Below, in pieces: positions 48,598-59,834 of a DNA stretch of 64,000 nt; position 1 is the stretch's first letter, and every line of letters starts with the position of its first letter. Source of the stretch: Chiloscyllium plagiosum (taxonomy: Eukaryota); contig NC_057718.1 of the NCBI RefSeq assembly GCF_004010195.1, forward strand, positions 15,039,992 through 15,103,991. The letters run 5' to 3'. The notes beneath the pieces were generated by a model. It ran no database searches. It was not told where the DNA came from and worked only from the letters and a program-made list of their open reading frames with translations. Both the position numbers and the translations under genes were made by a program.

Positions 48598-50711
48598 ATT
48601 AGCAGGGACAATACAGAAATAAATCACCACAATGTCATCCAACCTTTATTTTTGACCAGAAGCAAAGTGACACAGTTTATCACATGTTAAATAAGCCTCC
48701 ATAAAAAGAGATAACCACAAACATTTTCATGTAGGCTGAGCATTTATAATCGTTGCATCCTTGCATCAATATATCTCATTTACTTTGTCAGAGGCATAAA
48801 GTCTGTAATACTTAGCTCACAGTTGACCAGCACAGCTACTTTGTCTGTATTAATTCAGAGGATAGAAACACAGTCATTGGGGATTATTGCACCAGCCAGA
48901 TTTCAAGTATGACTTGGAACATGTTCGAAGGTGGTTCAGTTGAGACAGAGAAACAGAGAATGTGTGGGTCCAGAAAAGAGTCACCTGGGATCAACAGGTA
49001 GGTGCTGTAAAACACAACACCTTGAGGTTATCTTTATCCACTGCTTGATCGGTAGCAGGAGAGCAGCCATTCTTGATCATATTACAATCGACTCTCCCAA
49101 ATGTAAAGTACACTTCAATCAGGTGTAAACAGGTTGACCTTAGACGGTGACATAACCAGCAAAACAGCGGCTCCATACTTCACTTTCAAGACAGGAGAGC
49201 ACATTTTTGTGCAGGGGGAGATAGAAACATGTGTCAATGTGGTTTACAGAACTTAATGATTGTTGGTAGAAATGCAGCATATGGGGTCTTGTAGCATGGT
49301 GGTCATGTCTCTACCTGTGTGCCACAAGATCCAGATTCCAGTGCCACCTGGCCTGGTGTTGGGTGTCACAGCATGTACAAGCAAGCCAATTAAAACTTTT
49401 TTATTAATTGCAGACATGAAATTAAAAACAAACACAAAAAAAAGCAGGTGAGGCAATCTTTTTAAAACAAAATCAAACCTGCTTCCTTTCTCAAGTCATA
49501 CTGTTGCTAAATCGGCAGAGTCAAAAAGGAAATGCCTTTGTTTGCCCACCCCCTGAACAGAAACAACGCAGACTTCCGTCAAATTCAAAATGACTGAAGA
49601 AATGTTCCTTCACCCAAATATCAACGAATCATTTGCCACGAGCAGTGATTTCGAGCTGGATCATTTATTATTGATGAAAGGTACAATCATGACTTTACAG
49701 AAAATATACTGCCTCCATTAGGTTCTGTCTAATCTACAAGCTAACCTTTACTGAGTTCACCAGAAGGTCAGCCATCAGGAAAAGAGCTGTGCACTTTGGG
49801 TCTCCTTGCTTTATTTTCCTCTCTTCAATAGCATAGATGCTTCAATTAACCTTCAAAGGCACGGATACATAGGACTACATATCACTCCGGTTCGCTGCAG
49901 GCACCTCGGACTTAGGCACGATCATTGGAAGGCGGAAGTCAAGCTGATCTATTCCCAAATTGCACTGCTGCAGAGATGGAAGAAAGAATAAGCAACTGAG
50001 AGAGCCATCATCCCTTCTCCAGTCAGATCTGTAGACCTTATCCAGTGCTGTGACAAGTAGCATTGTGAACAAAAGGAGATAGCCATTTTAATTTGACCAG
50101 AAACTTAACAGATATTTTAAAAATCCATATACAAACTAAAGTGAGGGCACTGCACACACTTCATCCAATATTGTACTGATATTATCAAGGAGATCTTTAT
50201 GGACAGCAAATTCAACACAAGATAGGCATTAAAATTAACCGTACTCCATTTACCAATAGTAAATACCAACAATAAAAGTGATGTTAAACCAGAATAACAA
50301 GAACTTGTGCAGCATTTTGAGAGAATGCTGTTTTCATATTCCCCTGTTGTATCAGCATGCCAATTGATTTTGTATATCCAACCTCAGGATCACCATGGAA
50401 CCTCAAATGCAATCTCCAGATCCAGAGATACAAGCGAGAAAAAGTAAAAGGCCTGATTGACTGCAAACCTGGTTATGGTCACTATTCACCCAACAGGAGC
50501 CCTGCACATTGAAACAATTCAAAAATCACATTCAGACAGTGTATAACTCCACATGACCACTATCTCTCCAGCACACACTAGGGATGACTGGACCCAGTGA
50601 CGCAAATGTTACAAGGTTTTCATTGAGGCAGTGGAGAATTAATCAAACTTTTGCTCAGGCAACCAAAGGCACTATTTAATGCAAGTTAGGGTGCAGAGTA
50701 ACTCTGACAGT

Positions 50712-51015
50712 TCAAAGTCTGTGAGAAGATTTGTAGCTCGGGTACTCGTTGTTGTGGTTCTGTTGGCCGAGTTGGGAATTTGTGTTGCAGACGTTTTGTC
50801 CCCTGTCTAGGTGACATTCTCAGTGCTTGGGAGCCTCCTGTGAAGCGCTTCTGTGATGTTTCCTCCGGCATTTATAGTGGTTTCTCTCTGCCACTTCCGG
50901 TTGTCAGTTCCAGCTGTCTGCTGCAGTGGCCGGTATATTGGATCCAGGTCGATGTGCTTATTGATTGAATCTGTGGATGAGTGCCATGCCTCTAGGAATT
51001 CCCTGGCTGTTCTCT
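50712..51015 (-). mobile_element. PLE family A 3' end (complete tail, mutated hammerhead)
   Basis: Reverse QRTAREFLEAWHSSTDSINKHIDLDPIYRPL plus terminal repeat. Confidence 0.9.
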
Positions 51016-51350
51016 GTGGGGAGAAAGTAGCATAGAGTACAATAGGTGAGTGGGGGAGGGAATGAAGGTGATAGGTCAGGGAGGAGAGGGTTGAGTGGAT
51101 AGGTGGAAAAGGAGATAGACATCCACCTATCCACTCCACCCTCTCCTCCCTGACCTATCACCTTCATCCCCTCCCCCACTCACCCATTGTACTCTATGCT
51201 ACTTTCTCCCCACCCCCACCCTCCTCTAGCTTATCTCTCCACGCTTCAGGCTCTCTGCCTTTATTCCTGATGAAGGGCTTTTGCCCGAAACGTCTATTTC
51301 GCTGCTCCTTGGATGCTGCCTGAACTGCTGTGCTCTTCCAGCACCACTCA
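51016..51350 (+). mobile_element. PLE family B terminal repeat with 92-bp fold-back at its 5' end; hammerhead core at 51267-51294
   Basis: 51016-51107 is the inverse of 51122-51213. CTGATGA-A-GGGC-tttt-GCCC-GAAAC-GTC. Confidence 0.85.
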
Positions 51351-51784
51351 TCCAAAATTTAATCCAGTCCATGAACACATGATACATTGTCTCCTTATGA
51401 TTCCTGTTACATCTCAGTTATCAATGATATTTTGGTCAGGTGTTTTTTTTACAAGAAAAAGTGCTTGGAATTTAAAAATTAGTGGATTGCTAAAAACAAA
51501 AAAGGAATCGGATAAATATTTGGACTGGCAAAATGTTGCATGGCTGCAGGAAAGACTGGCAGTATGGGTTAAATTGGATTGCACTGTGAAAGAATTGACA
51601 CAGGGATGCCGGGCCACCTGGGGTGTATCATACTTGGCCTTGCCTGTTTTCTGATATACTTTCTTCTTCACTGCCGTTTTGCCTCCAATATTTGGTGCCA
51701 TGTTGCAGTCTGTTGTTGAATAAGACAAAAGTGAGTCTCAATCAGTGGCAGAGTGCTGCTGTCACTGAAGAAGTAATCTATAGA

Positions 51785-51935
51785 AAAACAGAACATTAGA
51801 CAAATTCAGGAGGTCTGCCAGCATCTATAGAGACAGTTCACGTTTCAAGTCCAGAATGCTTCCTCCTCTTCTGCTAAGTTTTTGCATCATTCTGTTTACT
51901 TCAGACTTCTAGCATCTGCATTATTATGCCTTTAT
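51785..51935. mobile_element. Degraded PLE family D palindromic mini-element
   Basis: caggaggtctgccagcatct...cgtttcaagtcc, then ttcagacttctagcatctgca in opposite sense. Confidence 0.55.
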
Positions 51936-52074
51936 TTGAGTTGTAATCCACAAATGGAGGTTAATGTTCTGAGGACATGGGTTTGAATATCAGTATATGG
52001 TTAAATTGAAATTTAATTAAGAAATCTGAAATTAAAAAGCGAGTCTAAACCACCATTGTCAATTACAGTAAAAA

Positions 52075-52735
52075 ACCATCTGAGCCAATTACTGCCCCAC
52101 CAATCTACTCCCAAAATGATGGAAGGAGTTGCAATCAATGCTATCAAGCAACGCTTGTATAACAACAACCTGCTCTTTGATGATTGGTTCCTCCAGGTCA
52201 CTCAGTTCCTGACCTCATTACAGCCTTGGTGTCAGCATGGACAAAAGAGGTGAACTCTAGAGGTGAGGTGGCAGTGACAACCCTTAATACCCAGGCAGTA
52301 TTTGACTGTGTTTGGCACCAAGGAGCCTGAACAAAACTGGAGTCAATGGAAAACGCTTAATTGTCTGGAGTCATAACCAGCAGAAAAGGAAGACAGTTGT
52401 GTTTGCCAGAGGACAATTATCTCAGCTCTCGGACATCTATGTAGGGGCTCCTTAGGGGAGTGTCTTAGGCACTTCCATCTTCAGCTGCTTCATCAGTGAC
52501 CTTCCCTCCATCACAAGGGCAGAGGTTGGGACGTTTGCTGATGATTCAGCAGTATTTGCAACTTCGCCAATACTGAAGCTGTCCATGCCCAAATGCAGCA
52601 AAACCTGGACAACATCTAGGATTGGGTTGATGAATGGCAAATAACATACGTACCACACAAATGCTGGGCAATAACTAACTCCAAGAAAGAGAGAATTAAA
52701 CCATTGCCCTTTGACATTGAATGTCATTGCCATCA
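52075..52735 (+). mobile_element. CR1/L2-group LINE RT fragment (non-HER1 family)
   Basis: MMEGVAINAIKQRL...PDLITALVSAWTK...AVFDCVWHQGA...GSVLGTSIFSCFISDLPS...FADD. Confidence 0.8.
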
Positions 52736-55000
52736 GTTTGAAGAATGTTGTCCACAAAATGACTGCCACAAACATTTGCAAAGCAGTAATGATGCACTTG
52801 CAAATCTGTTGCAATTCTCTGCTTCTGAGGAGACATATTTGAGCTGGCACACTTTCTAATGTAAAGTCATTCGTTTTGAAACAGCACATGCAACTCTAAG
52901 AAAAAAGACATGGAATAGTCTGTAAATGAAAACATTGCGCTGTGTTGCTTTGATGATATTTCTGTGTAAATCAGCAACATGAACGGAGTAGAACAGTGAC
53001 ATGCTGTTTTTACAATGTGATGAGAGCTCTTAGAACCAACCCAGACAGATGGGTTACTCCATGCCACTCGTAAGGGCGCCTTATAAATTAGTTTGCGCAT
53101 GGAAATCTACTCTGGTAGCTGCAAATGCACTCAAAGAATCCTAAAGGACAGCAACTAACAGGTATTGGAAAGGTTACAGGCAAGTCAACCAAAAATGGTG
53201 TGATGATAAGATGAATTGTGAAACATATCAGGAATAGCAGCTACCCAGTGGGTCTCCAGTTACCAAATGATTTACATGTAGTTGGTCACAGTTCAGTAAA
53301 ATATCCAGTTCAGTACTTCCCTCCCTCTGCAAATTACAAAGTACATGAGTTCTGCCACATCCTTCTAAAGTTTTGTATGTGGGTAGCTCCATGGTCTAAA
53401 GTGTGGCAAGCAGTTTATGAAATTTCAAAGTTTATGACAAGTTAACAAAAACTAAAAAGCAACATTTCTCAAACTGCAGAAAACATATATATTAGACATT
53501 ATTTCACAAAAGCTTTCAGCACGTGAACAGTTCAAATCACAATTTGTGCCTCTGCTTGGTCCTATAAATAACGAACACTGTGTTTAATTGCATTGACCAA
53601 TCCTATAAAGGCAGCTGCTGTACTAGTTTTCAAGCAGGCATTAGCCTGTTTCAACATCCTGCTGGAAATGCAAGCTTCCCACCCAGAATAGTGTTTCTCT
53701 CTCACACAGACACAAACACAAATACAGACACACTGGCTTATTTGTGGTAGCTCCTTTCTGTCCTTATAAATCTTCATGTGTGTGTGGGTGGCACCGCATA
53801 CAACTCTTCAAATATTCAAATGAAATGCTGAGGTTTCTTTTTTGGAAAGAACGATACTTTTTTTAAGAAACAGCTTGATGTGCCACATTTGGTGGTGGCA
53901 TCAACCCCAATGCCCACCAGACCACCAGCTTGAAGGAGACTCACAATGTTTGGCTCCAGACTGAGTGGCCAAGCACTGACTCTCTGCAAAGACAAAGCAA
54001 AATAAATTCAGCCTAAAACATGAAAAACAAAATTCAAACAATCAGGCAGAGCTTCAGGATAAGAAGAATAGAGATGCTACCTCCAAGAGAGACAACTGCT
54101 GATTATGGACAGTCTACATAATGGAAAACACAGTGAAATGCTTGTTAAGGCAGAATTTTCTTTTACATTTATCAGTGGTTGCTAATTGCAATGTTTAGTA
54201 TCAACATGGCTCTGCAGTGAGTCCGCTTTTCCAGTTTTTTTTTGTCATTTATCAACTAACCCTTACTTTATTGGCCAGTCAACGTCATTGTCACTACATA
54301 GTTGGTTCAAGAGGAGCTACAGCTGCATTCAATCAACCCAACAATAATCAGTGGCATTTACCTCAGAAAATTCCTTTTAGGAAGGTGGGAAAATAAGGGA
54401 AAAAAGGGCGTTTGAATTATACTCAAATTAAAACAAAATGTCAACAACAGTGGGGAGAAAACGGGGCTATTCCCTCGCATCAGGCCTATAGCCTGACCTG
54501 CTTTCTGCAATGATGCCTTCATTTCACTGCAGACAGGAGCATGGGCAGACCAACAGTAAGAGTCATTAAGGTTTATTCTTTGGAGTTATTGAACCCCTAC
54601 AGTACAATGCAAAAATAGCGACAACCAATCTCCAGTTTTTATCCACGTCACATGCGGATAGGGCCCTGTCCCGGAACATTCAAAAGCATATTTGAAGTCA
54701 GCCGAAGGAATGACCGGGTTAAGATTATAAATAAGGTTCTATCAATTATTGACAGCCTGTTTGGAAAGCAGGAATGGAATCCCAGCTTTCAGTGACATTT
54801 ACATGATACTGAGCTGTTAACAGCATTGGATGAGAGATGGGCAAGAAGGAGGGATAGAGAAGTGAAGAGGATAAGGCACGAACCAGCACACTGGTTGTGA
54901 CTTACCCAAACCAGCTACACTGATGATGCCTCCTTATACCTCATGCCTAATTGGAAGCACCCAGTTGGAGGAATATTTTAAATTTGCTATTATTCAACAT

Positions 55001-55429
55001 GCGAGTTTTGAGAAGATTTGTAGCTCAGGTTGAGGGTTTGGATGTAGGTTTGCTCGCTAAGCTGGAAGGTTCATTTCCAGACGTTTCGTTACCCTACTAG
55101 GTAACATCTTCAGTGGGCCTCAGGCGAAGCAATGCTGAAAATTCCTGCTTTCCATTTATATCTTTGGGTTGGTGATGTCATTTCCTGTGGTGATGTTATT
55201 TCCTGTGGTGAAGTCACATTGAGTTAGACCCAATCTACCGACCCCTGAGAAAAGGAACAGGAAGTGACATAACATCACCACAGGAAATGACATCACCAAC
55301 CCAAAGAAATAAACGGAAAGCAGGAATTTTCAGCATTGCTTTGCCTGAAGCCCACTGAAGATGTTACGTAGTAGGGTGATAAAACATCTGGAAATGAACC
55401 TTTCAGCTCAGCGAGCAAACCTACATCCA
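55001..55429. mobile_element. PLE family E (Poseidon-like) inverted-repeat element
   Basis: 55039-~55200 is the inverse of ~55269-55429. Spacer encodes IELDPIYRPLR (cf. family A IDLDPIYRPL). Flanks attattcaacat / attatctaacat resemble a decayed TSD. Confidence 0.88.
55077..55116 (-). ncRNA. Minimal type I hammerhead ribozyme (PLE family E), intact
   Basis: Reverse: CCA-CTGAAGA-T-GTTACC-tagtag-GGTAAC-GAAAC-GTC-TGG. Perfect 3-bp stem I and 6-bp stem II. Confidence 0.8.
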
Positions 55430-55441
55430 TTATCTAACATT

Positions 55442-55628
55442 CTGCCAGAGGAAGTGGTAGATGCAGGTACAATTACAACATTTAAAAGGCATTTGGACAG
55501 TATATGGATAGGAAAGCTTTAAAGGGATGTGGGCCAAACACAGGCAAATGGGACTGGTTTAGTTTGGGAAACTTGGTCGGCATGGATGTGTTGGACCGAA
55601 GGGTCTGTTTCCATGCTGTATGACTCTG
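55442..55628 (+). mobile_element. HER1/CR1 LINE extreme 3' end
   Basis: ctgccagaggaagtggtag...gggtctgtttccatgctgtatgactct. Confidence 0.85.
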
Positions 55629-55849
55629 TCTGCACTCACTCAATGAATTGTTGCCCAAATATTCAACTCATTTCTTCATCAGGACCACGGCTCTGTTGTC
55701 AAGATTACTAATGCTGAACTCATGTCACTTTTATGTTGTAGGAAAAAAAGTCAAGAATTAAGCTCTCTTTTACAGATTCTTTTTAAACAAGTGGGGTGGT
55801 GGGAATCCAGTATACCCTGCTTGAAAGGGTGAGGGCTTGCTCTTCCCAA

Positions 55850-56990
55850 CAGCTATTGTTTATCTTACAAAATTCAGTTTAGCAGACAGCCTTGAGCGGT
55901 TGAATTGTTCCCTTGTTGATTGGTGGGACTTTGGCAATGACTGTCAGGCTATGAAGGCTGATCATACTTGTGCCAGATTGTCATATATTTCAGTAATCTT
56001 TCTATGACACAATCACGAAGACAATGATGCTTAAACCCAATGGCACAGACACAGGCATCCAGAGCATTTGAGTTCAGAAGTTGAACTGAAGGTTTGAAGA
56101 TTTTCCAAAGTTTGTCTCTTGTCATCTACTTCTGGAATCCGTCTCTTTAGCTGTTTGCTTTAGGGCTGCGATTAGATTAGATTCCCTACAGTGTGGAAAC
56201 AGGCCCTTCGGCCCAACAAGTCCACACCGACTCTCCAAAGAGTAACCCTCCCAGATCCATTTCCCTCTAACTAATGCACCTAATACTACGGGCAATTTAG
56301 CATGGCCAATTCACCTGACCGACACATCTTTGGACTGTGGGAGGAAACCCAAGCAGACACGGGGAGAATGTACAAACTCCACACAGACAGTCGCCCGAGG
56401 CTGGAATTGAACCTGGGTCCCTGGTGCTGTGAGGCAGCTGTGCTAACCACTGAGCCAGCGTGCCTCCTTCTTCTTGGATCTTTAGTTCTTACATTGTCTT
56501 TGCATCAGTCAATAACTGAAACAGGAAATGATCTATCCAGCATTACCAAGTCCCCCAGCATGGATCGTATGATCCAGACATAATTTTAATTGTTGACGTC
56601 AAAAATTCAGGAGGTGCCAGTGCTTTGAACTCAGATACGACATGGGGTTTTGGATGCGTACCTCCGGTGGAAGACAGTGTTTGCCGCAATGAGGTTTTGC
56701 TAAGCTCATTTTATCAACAATAGGACAATTTGAATCGACTGTTTGCATGTCATTTTATTCTCAACCATTGCTCTCCAGGCCGTGGTGTGATAGCCCACCC
56801 CAGAAGTATGACCTTTCTTGTTTTGGGATGACAATGAGGAATTCATCAGAATAGAACCTGTCCCTAACATCTCCATCCAGGTCAAGGGTCAAGTTCTGCA
56901 CTGATGTTTTCAGCAGAATAATTACAGCTGAAGTGTCATGAATCTTTCATTTAGACAATTATACAAAACCAATCAGTTGCGAATATTTTC
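55850..56990 (-). mobile_element. Ancient RTE-clade LINE endonuclease remnant, split by an HE1 SINE
   Basis: Reverse NERFMTLQL...TLDLDGDVRDRFYS...KVILLG...ANTVFHRRYASKT...SKHWHLL (RTE EN motifs). Left boundary uncertain. Confidence 0.65.
56170..56464 (-). mobile_element. HE1-type V-SINE (subfamily of 14449-14769)
   Basis: (AGATT)n tail, V-domain and A/B boxes on the reverse strand. Confidence 0.9.
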
Positions 56991-57666
56991 AAGTTGAACT
57001 CAACTGGGAAAGCACACGATTATCTTGGGAGCTCAGCAAATTTGCAAACAAACGGGTACAGTAGCAAATGGCAGCTTTCCAGGATAAATAGCAAATCCTA
57101 ACCTTTCACGGAAATGAAAATCGTTACGAATGTCTTCTATTAGGACTCACGCTCTCGTGGGAATTGCTTCTGCCAGGTTTGGGAGTTTATTGCCAAGTGA
57201 ACACTTTAAACACTTCTTCGCATGCGGAATCCATTCCAAAAGGCAACGTGAGCCGCACTACAAGATGTTCGAAAATCCATCAAATTTCAAATAACAATAT
57301 GCCGAATCCCCATCACTGCGCCCCCACACACAACCAGTCATGAAAACCAGAAATTAAACAACAATCCAAGTTTGCTTAAAATGTGAAACATATGAAGCAT
57401 ATGAAATCAGAGTAAAAGTATACCATTCAGCTCCTCAAGTCTGCTATGCTCAACAAGATGAAGGATGATCCATTTGTGTTTTTAACTCCAGTTCCCCGTC
57501 TAATTCTGGCCATTTTGGATTCCTCTACCTTACAAGAATTTATCCATCTCTGTCTTAAAAAGGCTCAATTAATTTGCCTCCACTTTGAGGGAGTGCATTC
57601 CAATGTTAGTACAACCCCATAAGAAAAACCTTCATCTGTCCTGAAAGGGCACTTGCTAATTTTAAA

Positions 57667-57880
57667 TTAAAAATCACACAACACCAAGTTATAGTCCAAC
57701 AGGTTTATTTGGAAGCACTAGCTTTCGGAGCACTGCTCCTTCATCAGGTAGCTGTCCATCTGATGAAGAGGAAGCGCCTTGAAAGCTAGTGCTTCCAAAT
57801 AAACCTGTTGGACTATAACCTGGTGTTGTGTGATTTTTAACTTTGTACACCCCAGGCCAACACCAGCACCTCCACATCAT
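57667..57880. mobile_element. PLE family C palindromic mini-element
   Basis: 57667-57747 is the inverse of 57760-57840 with a 12-nt spacer. 40-nt tail 57841-57880 on the right arm only. Confidence 0.9.
57716..57750 (-). ncRNA. Minimal type I hammerhead ribozyme (PLE family C), intact
   Basis: Reverse: TAC-CTGATGA-A-GGAGC-agt-GCTCC-GAAAG-CTA-GTG. Palindromic AGCT stem III, CUA triplet. Confidence 0.75.
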
Positions 57881-58224
57881 GTTAATTATAAAACAGTGTT
57901 GCCTCGCTCAGGACTCAGCCATAGAGGAAATATGCTATCCACATCTACGCTGTCAAAACCATTTAGGATCTGATACAGTTCAATGAAGTGATCCTTCAGT
58001 CTGCTGGGCTTGAGTGAAAACAAGACCAGCCTGTTCAATTCGATCTTCATTAAGGCAACCCAACCATCCCAGACATCAAACAAGGAATTCTCCTCTGAAC
58101 TGCCGACAATGCATTTACATCCTTCCATAAATAAGGAGACCAAAACTGCACAGAGTAATCAAGGTGTGATCTCACCAATGTCCTCTATAAAAAGATAATA
58201 TTGTTCCTATAATGTTTAAGATAG

Positions 58225-58565
58225 GCGATGACCCAGTGGTATTATCATGAAACTATCTATCCAGAGACCCAGGTAATGTTCTGGGGACCTGGGTTTGCAT
58301 CCCACTATGGCTGATTATAATATGGAATTTTTAAAAATCTGCAATTAAGAGTCTAACAATGCCATAAAATCATTGCCGATTGTCAGGATTGTTTTATTAA
58401 TGTCCTTTGGGGAAAGAAATCTGCCAGTGTCATCTGGTCTGGCCTACATGTGACTCCAGACCCACAGCAATTTGGTTGGCTCTTAACTGCCATTTGGGCA
58501 ATTAGGGATGGGCAATAAATGCCGGTCCAGCCAGTGACACCCACTTCCATGAATTATTTTTTTAA
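58225..58565 (+). mobile_element. tRNA-derived SINE (third family), full length
   Basis: Head cagtggtatta...ggggacctgggtttgcatccc and tail gggcaattagggatgggcaataaatgc...catgaatt. Confidence 0.75.
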
Positions 58566-59271
58566 AAAGTTCAATTCCTCTTGCAGTGAAAGGTAGCACC
58601 CCTTTAGCCTTCTTGGACCTGTCTTCTACCTTTGTGACCAGCACACACAAACCCCTCTGCACATTTGAATTCTGCAGCTGTTCTCCATTTTGAAATACTG
58701 TTTGCTTTATTCTTTCTATCAAAGTGAACAGCTTCACATTTTCTCAAATAACCCTCCATGTCAGATCTTTGCTCGCTCCCTCACTCAACCTACCTATATT
58801 CATCTGCAACATCCTTAAATCTTCTTCATTATTTATTTCCGACCAACTTTAGAGTCATCTTCAAATTTGGCTAGCCTGCCTTCGCTCCCCACATCCAAGT
58901 CATTCATGGAAATTGTAAAACATTTGAGGCCCCAGCACAGATCTCCATTCTCCCTTTCGTAAATTCATGCTGACTCTGTCTGATCCTGTCAGTGTTTTCC
59001 AAATGCTCAGCTATTAAATCTTTTATTATGGACTCTAGCATTTTCCCTGTTACTGATGTCAGGCTAACCAGTCTACAATTACCTGTTTACTCTCTGTTTA
59101 CCTCTTTGCTTTTATTGTGGGGTTACAGTAGCAACTCCCCAATCCATAGGAGCTCTTCCATAGGCTAGAGTATCTTGAAAGATTATCTACTATTAACTCC
59201 CCATTCTCACTCTCTAGAGGACCAACACTCACTTTGCTTGCTCTCATCCGTTTCAAATACCTGTAGAAACA

Positions 59272-59770
59272 TTTATTTTAAATTCATTCATGGGACGTGT
59301 GCATTGCGTGGTAGGCCAGTTTTTATTGGCTATCCCTAATTGTCCAGAGGGCAGCAGAGAGTCAACCTCTCCAGTCAGGAGAAAGTGAGCACTGCAGATG
59401 CTGGAGATGAGGTCGAGAGTGTGGTGCCTTTCATCAGGACGTGAAGAATATTCATCACGACAAAGGGCTTATGCCGGAAACGTTTATTCTCCTACTCCTC
59501 AATACTGGCTATGCTTTTCCAGCACCACACACTCGACTCTCCAGTCTGGAGCCACACCTTGGCCAGACTGGGTAAGGTCTGCAGATTTCCTTCCCTAAAG
59601 AACAGTAGTGAACTCAGATGGGTTTTTATGACAATCAACAGTGTTTTTAATCCAGATTTTTCTTGAGTTCAAACTCCACTAAGTGCATGGTGGTATTCAA
59701 ATCCATGCCCTCAAAGTATTAGCTTGAGGTTCTGAATTACTATTGGAGTGACATTAACACTGTGCCACCA
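59272..59770 (-). mobile_element. tRNA-derived SINE (third family) with nested PLE family B palindromic remnant 59377-59536
   Basis: Host is the reverse of the 58225-58565 family. Direct repeat ctctccagtc at 59367-59376 and 59537-59546. Confidence 0.75.
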
Positions 59771-59834
59771 ATATTCACTTTGACATTCATAGCTAACTTC
59801 CTTTCAAATTCTAATTTCTTACTCCAGATCAATC

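Larger units (their letters stand above)
57390..59200 (-). mobile_element. Degraded CR1 LINE fragments (host of the elements at 57667-57880 and 58225-58565)
   Basis: Reverse LNRLVLFSLKPSRLKDHFIELYQILNGFDSVD; FQNGEQLQNSNVQRGL. Confidence 0.65.

Noticed and set aside
49851..49995. Strong minus-strand acceptor (ttctttcttccatctctgcagcag) as an extra SMYD3 exon
   Set aside because: All three frames hit stops within ~30 codons, only weak donors follow, and the peptide has no SMYD similarity. A non-coding exon cannot be excluded.
54900..54950. Minus-strand donor TGG|gtaagt as SMYD3 exon 1
   Set aside because: Upstream sequence does not encode the expected N-terminal SET segment or first MYND CxxC, and there is no CpG island.
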